From the NCBI GenBank assembly GCA_963768055.1, contig CAVYGN010000001.1, positions 64,001 through 128,000 of the forward strand: DNA of 64,000 nucleotides, read 5' to 3'. The DNA is from an uncultured Spirochaetota bacterium (GTDB lineage Bacteria > Spirochaetota > Brevinematia > Brevinematales > JAOACQ01). This document shows, piece by piece, positions 19,268 to 29,302 of this stretch (position 1 is the stretch's first letter; each line of letters opens with the position of its first letter). The notes under the pieces are model-generated. The model made no database searches, was not told the DNA's origin, and saw nothing but the letters and a program-made list of their open reading frames with translations. The position numbers and the translations under genes are program-made.

Positions 19268-19299
19268 ATATGACGTGAATATTTTTGAAAGGATGCAAA
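19268..19299 (-). promoter_or_regulatory. ECF (SigZ-like) autoregulatory promoter, copy 1
   Basis: TTTGCATCCTTTCAAAAATATTCACGTCATAT upstream of sigZ. Confidence 0.7.
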
Positions 19300-19451
19300 G
19301 TCCGGGATTTTTTTTGCATTACATTATAAGTTCCAATAAATTATACTCTTCTTAAAGGAAAAAATTCAACATCTTTCTTTATTTTTTAAGCCGGCCTCTT
19401 TAACCTTATGTTAAAATATTCTTTCAGCTGTGAGAATTTGTTTAGTTTCTT

Positions 19452-21800
19452 ATGAGGTTCCGGATGAAAAGATTTTTTGCGGTTTCAGCAATTATCTTCA
19501 CCTTCAATGTAATGTCTTTTCCTGCAAACCTTACTGTAAAAGTAACCGACGGGAAGATCGCTCTCGAAGATGCGACTGTGGTCATCATGGAACTCAAAAC
19601 GAATATTCTGACTTCCGACATGGGCATAATTTTTGTCAAAAATATACCGGACGGGAAATACACAATGATCGCAGTCCTGCCGGGATATGAAAAATACAGC
19701 AATGTCATAGAGATGAACGGAGAAGACAGGGAGATCGATGTGAGGCTCAGGCCGGTTACTTTTTCCCTCGGCGAAATAAATGTCGAAGCGAAAAAGAACG
19801 AGGGAAAGGTCCAGACTACAACCACTATAAAAAAAGACGAACTCGAGGCAAATACACAGACCTTCATGAACGATGCGGTAAAGACCCTCCAGCTTATGCC
19901 CGGCGTCTCGTCCGGAGGGGGGACTTTCGACAGCAGGATGTACATACAGGGCGGCGACCAGGACGAATGGATCGCTTACATGGACGGTATATGGATCATG
20001 AACCCGACTGTATTCGGAGGGTTCCTGTCGATGTTCAACCCTTATGTGATAGAAAACATAGACCTTTACACGGCAGGGTATCCCGTCGAGTACGGACAGG
20101 GTCTTTCAGGCATAATTGTCGTCGATACGAAGAATGGAAATAAGGACAGGCTGAAGGGATTTATCGATATTTCCCTTATTTCGGCGGAGATGCTCCTTGA
20201 AGGGCCTTTAAGTTCAAACTTCACGGTGATGTTCGATATGAGAAGGACCTATTACGATCTTTATCTGTCGGAAATATTTTCCAGTTCACTGCTTTCAGGG
20301 GTCCAGCTTCCATATCTTTGGGACGGGATAATAAAATTCGACTGGGACATTTCCCCTCATGACAACCTTACCCTGGACCTTTACGGCAACATAGAGGGAT
20401 TGAAATGGGATTTCAGCGGTTTTAGAGGGTCGTCCGGCTCGAATGAGGAATTTTATTACCAGCAGATAAACCTTATCGGCAGCATGAAATATACCCACAG
20501 GGATGATTCGGGCGACGCATTCGATCTTGTCGCAGGCGCAACACCTCAATTCAACCAGGACCAGTTAAGCGGAAGCCCTAATACCTTTTTTGACGACACT
20601 GAAAATGATTATTTATACCAGGTAAAGTCGGATTATTTTTTAAATTCCATTAAAGGGCACAAAATTCAGCTGGGCGGGCAATTTGTATATGATGTCCCGA
20701 CCGGCAGCGATGTGATCAGCAATTATTCGCTAAACGCGCAGGGCCAATGGGCGAACACTTCGGAACTGGATCTTAACTACAATTCGACCCGGATCGCTTA
20801 TTACAGCGGTTATCTCATGGATAACTGGGAGATCTTCCCCTCGATAATCATAGAGGGAGGGGGAAGGGAGGAGTATTATACGCTAAATGGCGAAAGCGCC
20901 TTCAACCCCCAGGCAGGGATAAAGTGGGAGAGCACCGATGCGCTCGATTTCTACCTGAGGGGAGGTTTATATCATCTTTTTCCTACGGATATTTCCTATA
21001 TAGACAGCAATATGGGGAATCCTGACTTGCAGAGCGAGAAAGTCTGGCATGTCATCGGGGGGACCGAATATTCAAGCGGTGATTACGTCCTGCGCCTGGA
21101 GGGTTTTTACAAGTACTATTACGACCTGTGGGAAAGCGATTCAATACTCCGCTACAATAACGACGGGATAAGGAATATATACGGCGGGGATGTCTACATC
21201 CAGAAAAAGGCAAGGAAGGGCGAATGGCTTTCGGGATGGATCGCTTACACATATGTTTACGGTGCAGAGGACGTAATCGACAGGTCGCCTGATAATCCCG
21301 CGAATCCTTATCAGACTCCCTTAAACGACTGGTATGTCCCCGATTATCTCCGGGAGGATACTATATCGGCCATTATTGAAATGACGTATTATAAAAATCC
21401 GGACGTGCCTTCTTTTCTAGACTTTCTTAACGAATGGAAGCTTTCCCTTGAGCTTTCGGCGCTTAGCGGCAAGCCATACACGCCGGCGACTAATTTCATA
21501 CAGAGCACCGATCCAAACGGCAATACGGTTTATTACATAAACTACGGCTCATACGACAGCCAGTATACTCCATGGTATATAAGGCTTGACGTAAAGATTA
21601 CAATACCTGTAGGACTGCATTTTCTCAGCGGACTTCTTGGGCCCAATGTGAACGGCTATTTCTATGTTGAAGTATTAAATGTTCTAAACCTTTCGAATGT
21701 GATAGGCTACTATTACAGCGTCCAGAACGGCCAGCTTACCCAGACCCCGGAAAAAGACCTTCCGTTCGTGCCTTTCGCCGGATTCCGCATAGAGTTTTAG
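19452..21800 (+). CDS. TonB-dependent receptor with N-terminal carboxypeptidase-regulatory-like domain
   Basis: signal peptide, plug motif LQLMPGV, GNPDLQSE, C-terminal Phe (GFRIEF). Confidence 0.85.
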   Translation: MRFRMKRFFAVSAIIFTFNVMSFPANLTVKVTDGKIALEDATVVIMELKTNILTSDMGIIFVKNIPDGKYTMIAVLPGYEKYSNVIEMNGEDREIDVRLRPVTFSLGEINVEAKKNEGKVQTTTTIKKDELEANTQTFMNDAVKTLQLMPGVSSGGGTFDSRMYIQGGDQDEWIAYMDGIWIMNPTVFGGFLSMFNPYVIENIDLYTAGYPVEYGQGLSGIIVVDTKNGNKDRLKGFIDISLISAEMLLEGPLSSNFTVMFDMRRTYYDLYLSEIFSSSLLSGVQLPYLWDGIIKFDWDISPHDNLTLDLYGNIEGLKWDFSGFRGSSGSNEEFYYQQINLIGSMKYTHRDDSGDAFDLVAGATPQFNQDQLSGSPNTFFDDTENDYLYQVKSDYFLNSIKGHKIQLGGQFVYDVPTGSDVISNYSLNAQGQWANTSELDLNYNSTRIAYYSGYLMDNWEIFPSIIIEGGGREEYYTLNGESAFNPQAGIKWESTDALDFYLRGGLYHLFPTDISYIDSNMGNPDLQSEKVWHVIGGTEYSSGDYVLRLEGFYKYYYDLWESDSILRYNNDGIRNIYGGDVYIQKKARKGEWLSGWIAYTYVYGAEDVIDRSPDNPANPYQTPLNDWYVPDYLREDTISAIIEMTYYKNPDVPSFLDFLNEWKLSLELSALSGKPYTPATNFIQSTDPNGNTVYYINYGSYDSQYTPWYIRLDVKITIPVGLHFLSGLLGPNVNGYFYVEVLNVLNLSNVIGYYYSVQNGQLTQTPEKDLPFVPFAGFRIEF

Positions 21801-21808
21801 GAACTAAA

Positions 21809-22381
21809 CTACCTGTGCCATCCCCCGCGCCAGCCGCCATGCCAGCCGCCGTGCCAGCCCCACCCATGATAGAAACCCCGGTGCGGGCCGAAATAACCCC
21901 AGTGCGGACCTATGTAAAAAACCGGGCCGGGCACATATGGTCCCTCAATAATAATCCATGGTCCGGTATAAAAGGGCGACCTGTACCAGGCCCCGTCTTC
22001 GTACCTCCACCAGTATCCGCCGTAGTAATAGACAAGTTCGCCGTTATAATCATAATACCCTTCCGAACCCGGGACAGGTATTAATTGCGGCTGCTGGACC
22101 TGTGAATTTTGATTGTTCTGTACATTGGTGGAAGGTTGTGTCGGCTGGGGGGCTTTAAGATCAACCTGTGACCCCTTTGCCGCGTCGAACACGGATTTGA
22201 TGTCGGCTATTTTAATCGATCTCGCTTTTCCGTTTTCGCCGTCAAGGTACAACTCTTCGGCAGTTTTTCCCAGCATATTGCCCTTGACAACGCTTCCATC
22301 GTTCAAAATTATGTTTACTTCGAAAGAATATAGGAGAGTCATGGGCAGTAGAAGTATCGCCGTCATCAATATTTTTTTCAT
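21809..22381 (-). CDS. secreted protein with Trp/Gly/His-rich C-terminus (paralog of 55236-55952)
   Basis: signal peptide; NDGSVVKG N-domain; YYGGYWWR; GWHGGW repeats. Confidence 0.7.
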   Translation of the reverse strand: MKKILMTAILLLPMTLLYSFEVNIILNDGSVVKGNMLGKTAEELYLDGENGKARSIKIADIKSVFDAAKGSQVDLKAPQPTQPSTNVQNNQNSQVQQPQLIPVPGSEGYYDYNGELVYYYGGYWWRYEDGAWYRSPFYTGPWIIIEGPYVPGPVFYIGPHWGYFGPHRGFYHGWGWHGGWHGGWRGGWHR

Positions 22382-22517
22382 AACCGCCTCCATGAAGCTT
22401 CATGTATAATATAATAAGGGTTTTTCCCAAAAGAAAGATTCAGTATTTAGATCTGTCTTTTTCAGCGATTGCGTTGTGAATCTATGCTGTATGGCGCCCG
22501 GCTTACGGTACTTACAG

Positions 22518-22928
22518 TTACTGCTGCCGTAGCGTTCCCGAACCGGCTATCGAAGACATTATGATTCCCGCTATAGTATACTGGATCAAGCCTTCAATAA
22601 ACCATATGACTGCAATTTTAAAAGGTATAGGGTATAAGGCGTATTGTTTGAATGATGAATATCCGGCCATAAGTATGCCGATCAGGAAGCCGTAAAAAAT
22701 TCCCTCTGTAATACCCTTGCCTTTGTAAATACGGGCAAATATGAATACAAAAAGCAGGGTCGAAACCAGATATAAAACCGGTTCGAGCCAGAATATCATC
22801 TGAGGCCGCCATACATTGCTTAAAGAATTATTTATCTTGACAAGAAGTAGGGAATCAAATAAAAAATCGATAATTGCAAAGCAGAAAAATACAGCGGCAA
22901 TTGTAATAAAGTATTTTTTGACGGTCAT
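22518..22928 (-). CDS. hypothetical membrane protein (about 4 TM)
   Basis: AGGAGG RBS; hydrophobic helices. Confidence 0.65.
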   Translation of the reverse strand: MTVKKYFITIAAVFFCFAIIDFLFDSLLLVKINNSLSNVWRPQMIFWLEPVLYLVSTLLFVFIFARIYKGKGITEGIFYGFLIGILMAGYSSFKQYALYPIPFKIAVIWFIEGLIQYTIAGIIMSSIAGSGTLRQQ

Positions 22929-22940
22929 TGTCAACCTCCT

Positions 22941-23951
22941 TTATGATAACACGGATAATTTATTTCTTCTGGTTGAAGAAGTCAAGTGCAGGATAAGCTC
23001 CCCGATGTCCCCGACAAATTCCAGCCCGGCGTTTCTTCCGGTGCCCGAGAATACCATTTGATTATTCTCATAAAAACAGACCATGATATTCGATTTCAGG
23101 GATTCGTTAACTTTTGCCGTCATCTCGCCAAGCTTAGGAGCCGGCAGGTCGATTCCCTCGGTTCTGTCGGCGTATATTTCCATAGAACGTCTTTTATCTT
23201 TTACTGTTATTTGTATCGTCTCTGACGATAAGATGATTTTATCTATCCGGGCTCCGGTATATGTCGCAAACCGGTAAATGCGGTTTTTATAATAAAAACC
23301 GAAGATGAATCCTGTAAAATAACTTCCGAGCCATGGGATTTTAGCGATTGAACCGAACAAAGAGATTCCGTCTTCGTCAAAGTGATTGGTCTGCATCCAG
23401 ATCCATGATGACGGCATCGATCGGCCCCAGTCCTTTTCCATGTAGCCCTTACCGCCTGTAAAATCGGTAGTTATGCCGTTAACATCAAAATAACCGTATA
23501 TATCATGATCAAAGCTCATGGTGGCATGATAGCATTCCATCATGGGCACGAAAGCGTACCAGCCCATTGTTCCCGGAGAGAAAGGGGATACCGGCCAGGG
23601 AAAGATGTTTTTAAAATTCAGGTCGGCTTTTATTTTGTCCCTTCCGTCGTCCATATCCAGGAGCATTTGTTCCAGGGAAAAATAATTACCGCCGATTTTA
23701 AGCTCGAACTTTTTTGTATTTGCCCGGAACTCGCCGATCGGATATTGATAATAATAGAGTTTCCGATTTCTGGCGTCCGCAAGCATAACAAAAGAATGCG
23801 ATTTTGACGTATTCATCGATATTGAAATTCCGGGAATGACTGCATAAGCTGTTTTCTCATCCCTGCTGATCGACTTAAAATACCAGCCCTCAAAATAGTT
23901 CTTCTTCTTCACTTTGCCCTGAAAAACCTCAGGCTTCCAAAGATTCGACAT
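22941..23951 (-). CDS. tocopherol cyclase family protein
   Basis: YFEGWYFK and GYMEKDWGRSMPSSWIWMQ motifs. Confidence 0.85.
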   Translation of the reverse strand: MSNLWKPEVFQGKVKKKNYFEGWYFKSISRDEKTAYAVIPGISISMNTSKSHSFVMLADARNRKLYYYQYPIGEFRANTKKFELKIGGNYFSLEQMLLDMDDGRDKIKADLNFKNIFPWPVSPFSPGTMGWYAFVPMMECYHATMSFDHDIYGYFDVNGITTDFTGGKGYMEKDWGRSMPSSWIWMQTNHFDEDGISLFGSIAKIPWLGSYFTGFIFGFYYKNRIYRFATYTGARIDKIILSSETIQITVKDKRRSMEIYADRTEGIDLPAPKLGEMTAKVNESLKSNIMVCFYENNQMVFSGTGRNAGLEFVGDIGELILHLTSSTRRNKLSVLS

Positions 23952-23990
23952 GCATCCCCCGAATAATAAATATAGAATATAATGATCATA

Positions 23991-24036
23991 TTGACAAATT
24001 AGAAAATTAATTTTATTATTTAATAAGCCTATTAAA
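23991..24036 (+). promoter_or_regulatory. promoter with TetR-like operator for the ABC operon
   Basis: TTGACA at 23991; palindrome TTTAATA-AGCC-TATTAAA (24019-24036); operon ends in a tetR gene. Confidence 0.5.
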
Positions 24037-24066
24037 TATCATTATTAAATAGCGGGGAAAATTTAT

Positions 24067-24756
24067 ATGGGTATTGCCGCATCTTTCAGCAAAGTTAGGA
24101 AATCATATTCCTCAGGCGAAGCGAGAACCGCTGTTCTTAAAGACCTTGATTTCAAGATCGAAAACGAGGAAATGGCGGCTTTTGCAGGGCCTTCCGGATC
24201 GGGTAAAACCACTATCCTTAACCTTCTCGGCTGCATAGACAACCCCGATTCCGGAAAAATAGAAATAGACGGCCTCGATATCACATCGATGGGACAGGGA
24301 AAACTCGCGGAATTAAGAAATAGCAAAATAGGGTTTATCTTCCAGAGCTTTAACCTTATACCGGTCCTGACGGCATTTGAAAACGCGGAGTTTCCCCTGC
24401 TTCTAGGAGGAATGAAAGACAGGGATCAAAGAAGGGAAAAGGTGATGGAAATATTTAAACTCGTCGGAATTGAAAAATTAGCCTCCCGGCTTCCGGGGCA
24501 GCTTTCGGGGGGCCAGCAGCAAAGGGTCGCTATAGCAAGGGCCCTTGTTAAAAAACCCCTCCTGATCCTGGCCGACGAGCCGACAGCAAACCTGGATTCA
24601 AAGAGCGCATCCGAAACCCTGGAACTGATGAGGATGATGAATAATGAACTTAAAACGACTTTTGTATTTTCGACCCATGATATTAAAATAATGGAATTCG
24701 CCAAAAGGCTGATCCGGCTGGTTGACGGAAATATAGTTTCGGATGAAAAAAAATGA
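24067..24756 (+). CDS. ABC transporter ATP-binding protein (LolD/MacB-like)
   Basis: GPSGSGKT, LSGGQQQR and ADEPTANLD motifs. Confidence 0.95.
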   Translation: MGIAASFSKVRKSYSSGEARTAVLKDLDFKIENEEMAAFAGPSGSGKTTILNLLGCIDNPDSGKIEIDGLDITSMGQGKLAELRNSKIGFIFQSFNLIPVLTAFENAEFPLLLGGMKDRDQRREKVMEIFKLVGIEKLASRLPGQLSGGQQQRVAIARALVKKPLLILADEPTANLDSKSASETLELMRMMNNELKTTFVFSTHDIKIMEFAKRLIRLVDGNIVSDEKK

Positions 24757-26009
24757 TCGGGCCGGCTGATTTATTGAAACTTGCCGCAAGGAATGTCCGC
24801 CGAAACCGCGCCAGGACCGTTCTTACTGTGGCCGCCAGCGCTGTCGGCATAATGGTTTTCCTGTTATCGAGCGCCATGCTGGGCGGGATCGATGAAACCT
24901 CGATCAGGAACCTCGTTAACTCGGATACGGCCCATATTAAAATTTACAATACGGCTTATTATCCCGACAGGAAAAATATGTACCTTGAGAACCTTATTCA
25001 GGGCTATGATAAAATTACAGTAAAAATCAAATCGCTTGACAGCGTAATTTCCGTAACTCCCCGCCTTAAATTCACCGGGGCCGTATCCATGCCTGAAGAA
25101 GACGCCCCCTGTACAATTATCGGTGTCGATCCGGAAACCGATGGTAAAGTCTTTAATATCCTGAAAAGCGTTATAACGCCGGGCAAAGGCGCTGATTTTT
25201 ATAATAATCCGCACTCCTGCCTCCTGGGGGTAAAGTTCGCCGATTATATAGGGGTAAAACAGGGTGACGAGATTTTACTTTCGGGAAGAACCATGCATGG
25301 CACTTATAACGCCGACAGTTATACCGTATCCGGGTTTGTTTCGTGCGACAATCCTGCAATCGACGCATTCTCCGTTATACTCCCCCTTAAATCGGCATTA
25401 GAATTCGCCGATACGGGTGAAAGAGTGAGCGAAATAGATATCTCCTTAGGATCCAAAGATTCTCCCCTGATTGGCAAAGTCATGGATTCTCTGCGGGAGC
25501 AAAATAATCTGCCGCCAGGGCTCAATGCTTATTCCTGGAAAGACGAGCTTTCGGATATGCTGACGGTATTCGGGATCAGGCGTTTCGCACAGAAATTGAT
25601 CATATCCCTGCTGTCCATAATAGCAATTGCCGGCATTGCCAACACCATGCTGATGGCCGTTTTCGAGAGGACAAAAGAAATCGGGACAATGGAGGCAATG
25701 GGAATGAAAAAGAGCGAGATCATGCAGCTATTCCTTTTCGAGGGGATAATCATAGGTATCGCGGGCTCCCTTGCCGCTATAGTAATCACCTCGATTCCCC
25801 TTACCATTCTCACCAATATCGGGATCGAGGTCAAGGGTTCGGAACTCCTGGCTAATGTCCCGATATCGAGCAGGATCTACGGTTACCTGGAATGGTCGTA
25901 TTACCCTGTCGCATTGATCATCGCTTTCATCACCTCTGTGATCGCTTCGGTTTATCCGGCCCTTAAAGCAGCCGGCCTCAATATTGCGATGGTCCTCAGG
26001 AGTAAATGA
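24753..26009 (+). CDS. ABC permease, FtsX/LolC-E-like
   Basis: RNVRRNRART and ERTKEIG motifs. Confidence 0.9.
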   Translation: MIGPADLLKLAARNVRRNRARTVLTVAASAVGIMVFLLSSAMLGGIDETSIRNLVNSDTAHIKIYNTAYYPDRKNMYLENLIQGYDKITVKIKSLDSVISVTPRLKFTGAVSMPEEDAPCTIIGVDPETDGKVFNILKSVITPGKGADFYNNPHSCLLGVKFADYIGVKQGDEILLSGRTMHGTYNADSYTVSGFVSCDNPAIDAFSVILPLKSALEFADTGERVSEIDISLGSKDSPLIGKVMDSLREQNNLPPGLNAYSWKDELSDMLTVFGIRRFAQKLIISLLSIIAIAGIANTMLMAVFERTKEIGTMEAMGMKKSEIMQLFLFEGIIIGIAGSLAAIVITSIPLTILTNIGIEVKGSELLANVPISSRIYGYLEWSYYPVALIIAFITSVIASVYPALKAAGLNIAMVLRSK

Positions 26010-27244
26010 TGCATTATTTAATTTCTTTTTCCATGAAAAACATTTTAAGGAACAAGAGGCGGACGCTTCTTACTCTGATTGGAATTATACTTGCAATATC
26101 GGCCCTGATAATAGGCTATTCGGTCCTTACCGGAGTTTTAAATCAGGTCCTTGAAGCGTCGGTTAAATCGTCGGGAGATATCTGCATCCAGACCAGGGCC
26201 TTCACGAAATCGGAAAGGCTTCTTCCAACCGATAAGGGCCTGTCAGATCTAACCGGACTCATCGATGCGATTAAGAAATATCCGCAGATAAAATATGCCA
26301 TTCCGAATGTTAAATTTGCCGGTTTATTCGTTACAAACGATGAAAACTTTGCTTCAATGGGAAATTCCATTGTTCCTTCAACCGAAAAGGATTTCTTAAG
26401 GCTTCAGGACAATCTGGTCGCAGGGACATATTTTTCAGGAGGCACTAACGAAGCGGTCATCGGCATAGAGATTGCCAGGAAGCTCGGGTTGAAAGCCGGC
26501 GACACCGCCCTTTTTGTCACTAAGAACAGCTTCGATTCGCTGGCCGCCAGGAGGTTCAAGATAGTCGGAATAGCCGATTTCAGCATGTATGAATTGAACA
26601 GGACTTTTTACGCCGACCTTGATACGGTTTATTCCCTCCTTAAAATAACGGGAAGCCCGCAGAAACTGATGATAATACTCCGGAACAGTTCGGATATGGA
26701 TACCTTCAAGGGGACACTTTTAAAAGACCCTTATATCAGGGAGCATAAGCTCGATGTGTTCAGGGCCGATGAAATAGGAATTTTCTCGACAGTATTCCCG
26801 CTCATGACCTGGATAGCGAGGTTTGTAATGCTTCTTTTCCTCCTGACGGCGGGGATGACTATAGTCAATACCATGATGATGACTGTCCTTGAAAGGACCG
26901 CTGAAATCGGGGTCCTTCAGTCGATGGGCATGAAACGCGGCGCCGCGATAATAATGATCATCACCGAAAGCTCTTTGATCGGGCTTATCGGAAGCACCTG
27001 TGGAGCCGCAATAGCCGGCCCGGCGGCTTTTTATCTTGCCAGGAACGGGATAATACTCGGAGAAAACATAGCAAAGGGAATGCCGATAGCGATTAAAAAC
27101 GTGATCTACCCGTATATCAGCATCGGATCGATCGCCGGTATTATGGCGATAGGAGTTATTATGGCGGCTGGGGCAGGCGCCATCCCGGCTCTTTTAAAAA
27201 TTTTAAGGCTGAATCCCGCCCAGGCCATAAGGTCCAAGGGATGA
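26006..27244 (+). CDS. ABC permease, FtsX/LolC-E-like
   Basis: KNILRNKRRT and ERTAEIG motifs. Confidence 0.9.
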   Translation: MMHYLISFSMKNILRNKRRTLLTLIGIILAISALIIGYSVLTGVLNQVLEASVKSSGDICIQTRAFTKSERLLPTDKGLSDLTGLIDAIKKYPQIKYAIPNVKFAGLFVTNDENFASMGNSIVPSTEKDFLRLQDNLVAGTYFSGGTNEAVIGIEIARKLGLKAGDTALFVTKNSFDSLAARRFKIVGIADFSMYELNRTFYADLDTVYSLLKITGSPQKLMIILRNSSDMDTFKGTLLKDPYIREHKLDVFRADEIGIFSTVFPLMTWIARFVMLLFLLTAGMTIVNTMMMTVLERTAEIGVLQSMGMKRGAAIIMIITESSLIGLIGSTCGAAIAGPAAFYLARNGIILGENIAKGMPIAIKNVIYPYISIGSIAGIMAIGVIMAAGAGAIPALLKILRLNPAQAIRSKG

Positions 27245-27852
27245 AAGAAAGTAAAGCCGAACAGGTTATTCTTGAAGCCGCGGAAAAATTATTCCTGGAA
27301 AAAGGGTTCTCGATGACATCCACTACCCTGATCGCTAAAGCCGCCGGCTGCAATCAGGCCCTTATTCATTATTACTTCCGCACTAAAGAACATTTGTTCG
27401 AAGCGGTGTTTGAAAAAAAAATGAAAATGTTCGTATCGACGTTTTTCCAGGCGGGGAAAGAAAATTCAACTTTAGAAGATAAATTGAAACAAAAAATCGA
27501 AACCCATTTCGATATGCTTAAAGCCAACCCCCAGCTGCCCTTTTTAATATTTAATGAATTGATAACAAACCCCAAAAGGCTTGATAAATTCAAGAATAAA
27601 ATAAAAACAATTGCTCGGCCGATTCTTCTTCAAATTCAGTCTGATTTGCAGACGGAGATAGAAAAAGGAAATATCCGTCCAATTACCGCTGTAGATTTAT
27701 TGATCACGATTTTTTCACTCAATGTAATTCTGTTCCTTGGTAGCCCGATCCTGAAAACTATTGCGAACCTATCGGACGATGAATATCAAAATTTTATCGA
27801 ACACAGAAAACGGGAAAATGTAACTGCAATTCTAAAAAGCCTGCGCCCCTGA
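27241..27852 (+). CDS. TetR/AcrR family regulator
   Basis: ILEAAEKLFLEKGF...IAKAAGCNQALIHYYFRTKE HTH. Confidence 0.95.
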   Translation: MKESKAEQVILEAAEKLFLEKGFSMTSTTLIAKAAGCNQALIHYYFRTKEHLFEAVFEKKMKMFVSTFFQAGKENSTLEDKLKQKIETHFDMLKANPQLPFLIFNELITNPKRLDKFKNKIKTIARPILLQIQSDLQTEIEKGNIRPITAVDLLITIFSLNVILFLGSPILKTIANLSDDEYQNFIEHRKRENVTAILKSLRP

Positions 27853-27923
27853 CCTTGAGACCCTGCAATTCCCGCCATTGTTTGATTTTTGATATTCAGT
27901 TAAAATCACTTATTTTAAAAAAT

Positions 27924-27940
27924 TCAGTGAATATTCCTGA
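27924..27940. promoter_or_regulatory. TCAG-N9-CTGA box (LuxR-type candidate)
   Basis: TCAGTGAATATTCCTGA abutting TTGCAA-16-TACCAT; 22 of 24 nt match the box at 55056-55079 (reverse complement). Confidence 0.55.
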
Positions 27941-28009
27941 TTGCAAATACCCGGATTATTTGTACCATTAATTGCGGAATGATTTTAATTAAAATAATCA
28001 GAGGATATT

Positions 28010-28189
28010 TTGATAAAAATAATTATATTTATTTTTTCACTTTGCTGTTTGACTTTCGCTTTCTATTTCAGGGATTTAATTGTGGCCGGTTTAATTTTTT
28101 TTATGATAGGGCTATCCGGAATGCTGTATCTGATAAAAAATTATTTGAATAAGAATAAGATAGACCCTCCTGCAAAAAATAAATCATGA
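28010..28189 (+). CDS. small 2-TM membrane protein (59 aa), not in the ORF track
   Basis: GAGGA RBS, TTG start; MIKIIIFIFSLCCLTFAFYFRDLIVAGLIFFMIGLSGMLYLIKNYLNKNKIDPPAKNKS*. Confidence 0.5.
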   Translation: MIKIIIFIFSLCCLTFAFYFRDLIVAGLIFFMIGLSGMLYLIKNYLNKNKIDPPAKNKS

Positions 28190-28332
28190 AAAGGAATAAT
28201 TGGCCCCTCAAAAAAAATATAAAACAACTTGACTTTTCATTTTATTTCTTACTATATTCAATTAATAATAATTTAAGAGGCTGCAAGTCTGAAAATATTT
28301 CTTTTAAAAAAATCTCTGCCTTCCTCCTATAA

Positions 28333-28375
28333 AGAGAGCTGTGTCCATTGATTGGGGACAGCTCTTTATTTTTTT
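28333..28375 (+). terminator. intrinsic terminator-like hairpin in the leader of the desaturase gene
   Basis: AGAGAGCTGT...ACAGCTCTTT stem followed by a T-tract. Confidence 0.55.
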
Positions 28376-28398
28376 GAACGCATGGAAAGGAGATTTCG

Positions 28399-29181
28399 AT
28401 GGGTTTTAAATCTATTGCTCTGGTTATCATTTACCCGGTTGTTTTTATATTGGAGCATGTTTATCCGAATTATTTTCCCAGGCCCCGCCATATCCGGCAC
28501 AGCGCTTACAATCTGTCGGTCGGCCTCTTGAACGGCCTCATCGGATTATTTATTATTTCGGTTGTCAATCTGCGCCTGTCGGATATTATAAGCCTGAACA
28601 ATTTCGGCCTCCTGAATTTACGGGTTTTGCCTTATTTTCTCAGGATAATTCTCGCATTTCTACTGTTCGATCTCTGGATGTATATCTGGCACCTGGCCGA
28701 TCACCGGGTGCCTTTGTTATGGCTTTTCCATAGATCCCACCATAACGACCCGGAGATGGACGGCTCGACAGCGCTGCGCTTCCATCCTGTTGAAATCATA
28801 ATATCGGGTGTTTTAAGGCTTCCTGTCTTTATTCTGCTAGGCATGAATATTACAGCCCTGTCCATATATGAAACCGTTTTTTTGGGCTGCATTCTTTTTC
28901 ACCACAGTAATATTTACCTTCCGGCTCCTGTCGACAGGTTCATACGAATTTTTATCGTAACACCCGATATGCATAGGATGCATCATTCTGTTAAGAAAAT
29001 AAACCTTAATTCTAATTTCTCATCGATTTTATCTTTCTGGGACAGAATTTTCGGCACTTTTAAAAAATGGGGAGATACCAGGCTCGTGAAAATAGGCCTT
29101 ACAGATTACCGTGAAGAAAAATGGCAGAGGCCCCTTGGTATTCTTGCCCTTCCCTTCAAGGGCCTCGATGAAACGGGATAA
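28399..29181 (+). CDS. sterol desaturase/fatty acid hydroxylase family protein
   Basis: His boxes HLADH, HRSHH, FHHSN and HRMHH. Confidence 0.9.
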   Translation: MGFKSIALVIIYPVVFILEHVYPNYFPRPRHIRHSAYNLSVGLLNGLIGLFIISVVNLRLSDIISLNNFGLLNLRVLPYFLRIILAFLLFDLWMYIWHLADHRVPLLWLFHRSHHNDPEMDGSTALRFHPVEIIISGVLRLPVFILLGMNITALSIYETVFLGCILFHHSNIYLPAPVDRFIRIFIVTPDMHRMHHSVKKINLNSNFSSILSFWDRIFGTFKKWGDTRLVKIGLTDYREEKWQRPLGILALPFKGLDETG

Positions 29182-29277
29182 AAGAAATTAAATCACATTA
29201 TCGGCGAAAAAAAACACGACAAAAAATATATTTTTCAAAACCCTTGATTTTTGGTTTTAAATATCGTATAATATATC

Positions 29278-29297
29278 TGTATTAGAACAGTAGTACA
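29278..29297. promoter_or_regulatory. YtrA/GntR-type operator
   Basis: TGTATTA-N6-TAGTACA just before an operon containing a YtrA-like regulator. Confidence 0.65.
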
Positions 29298-29302
29298 CTA
29301 AT

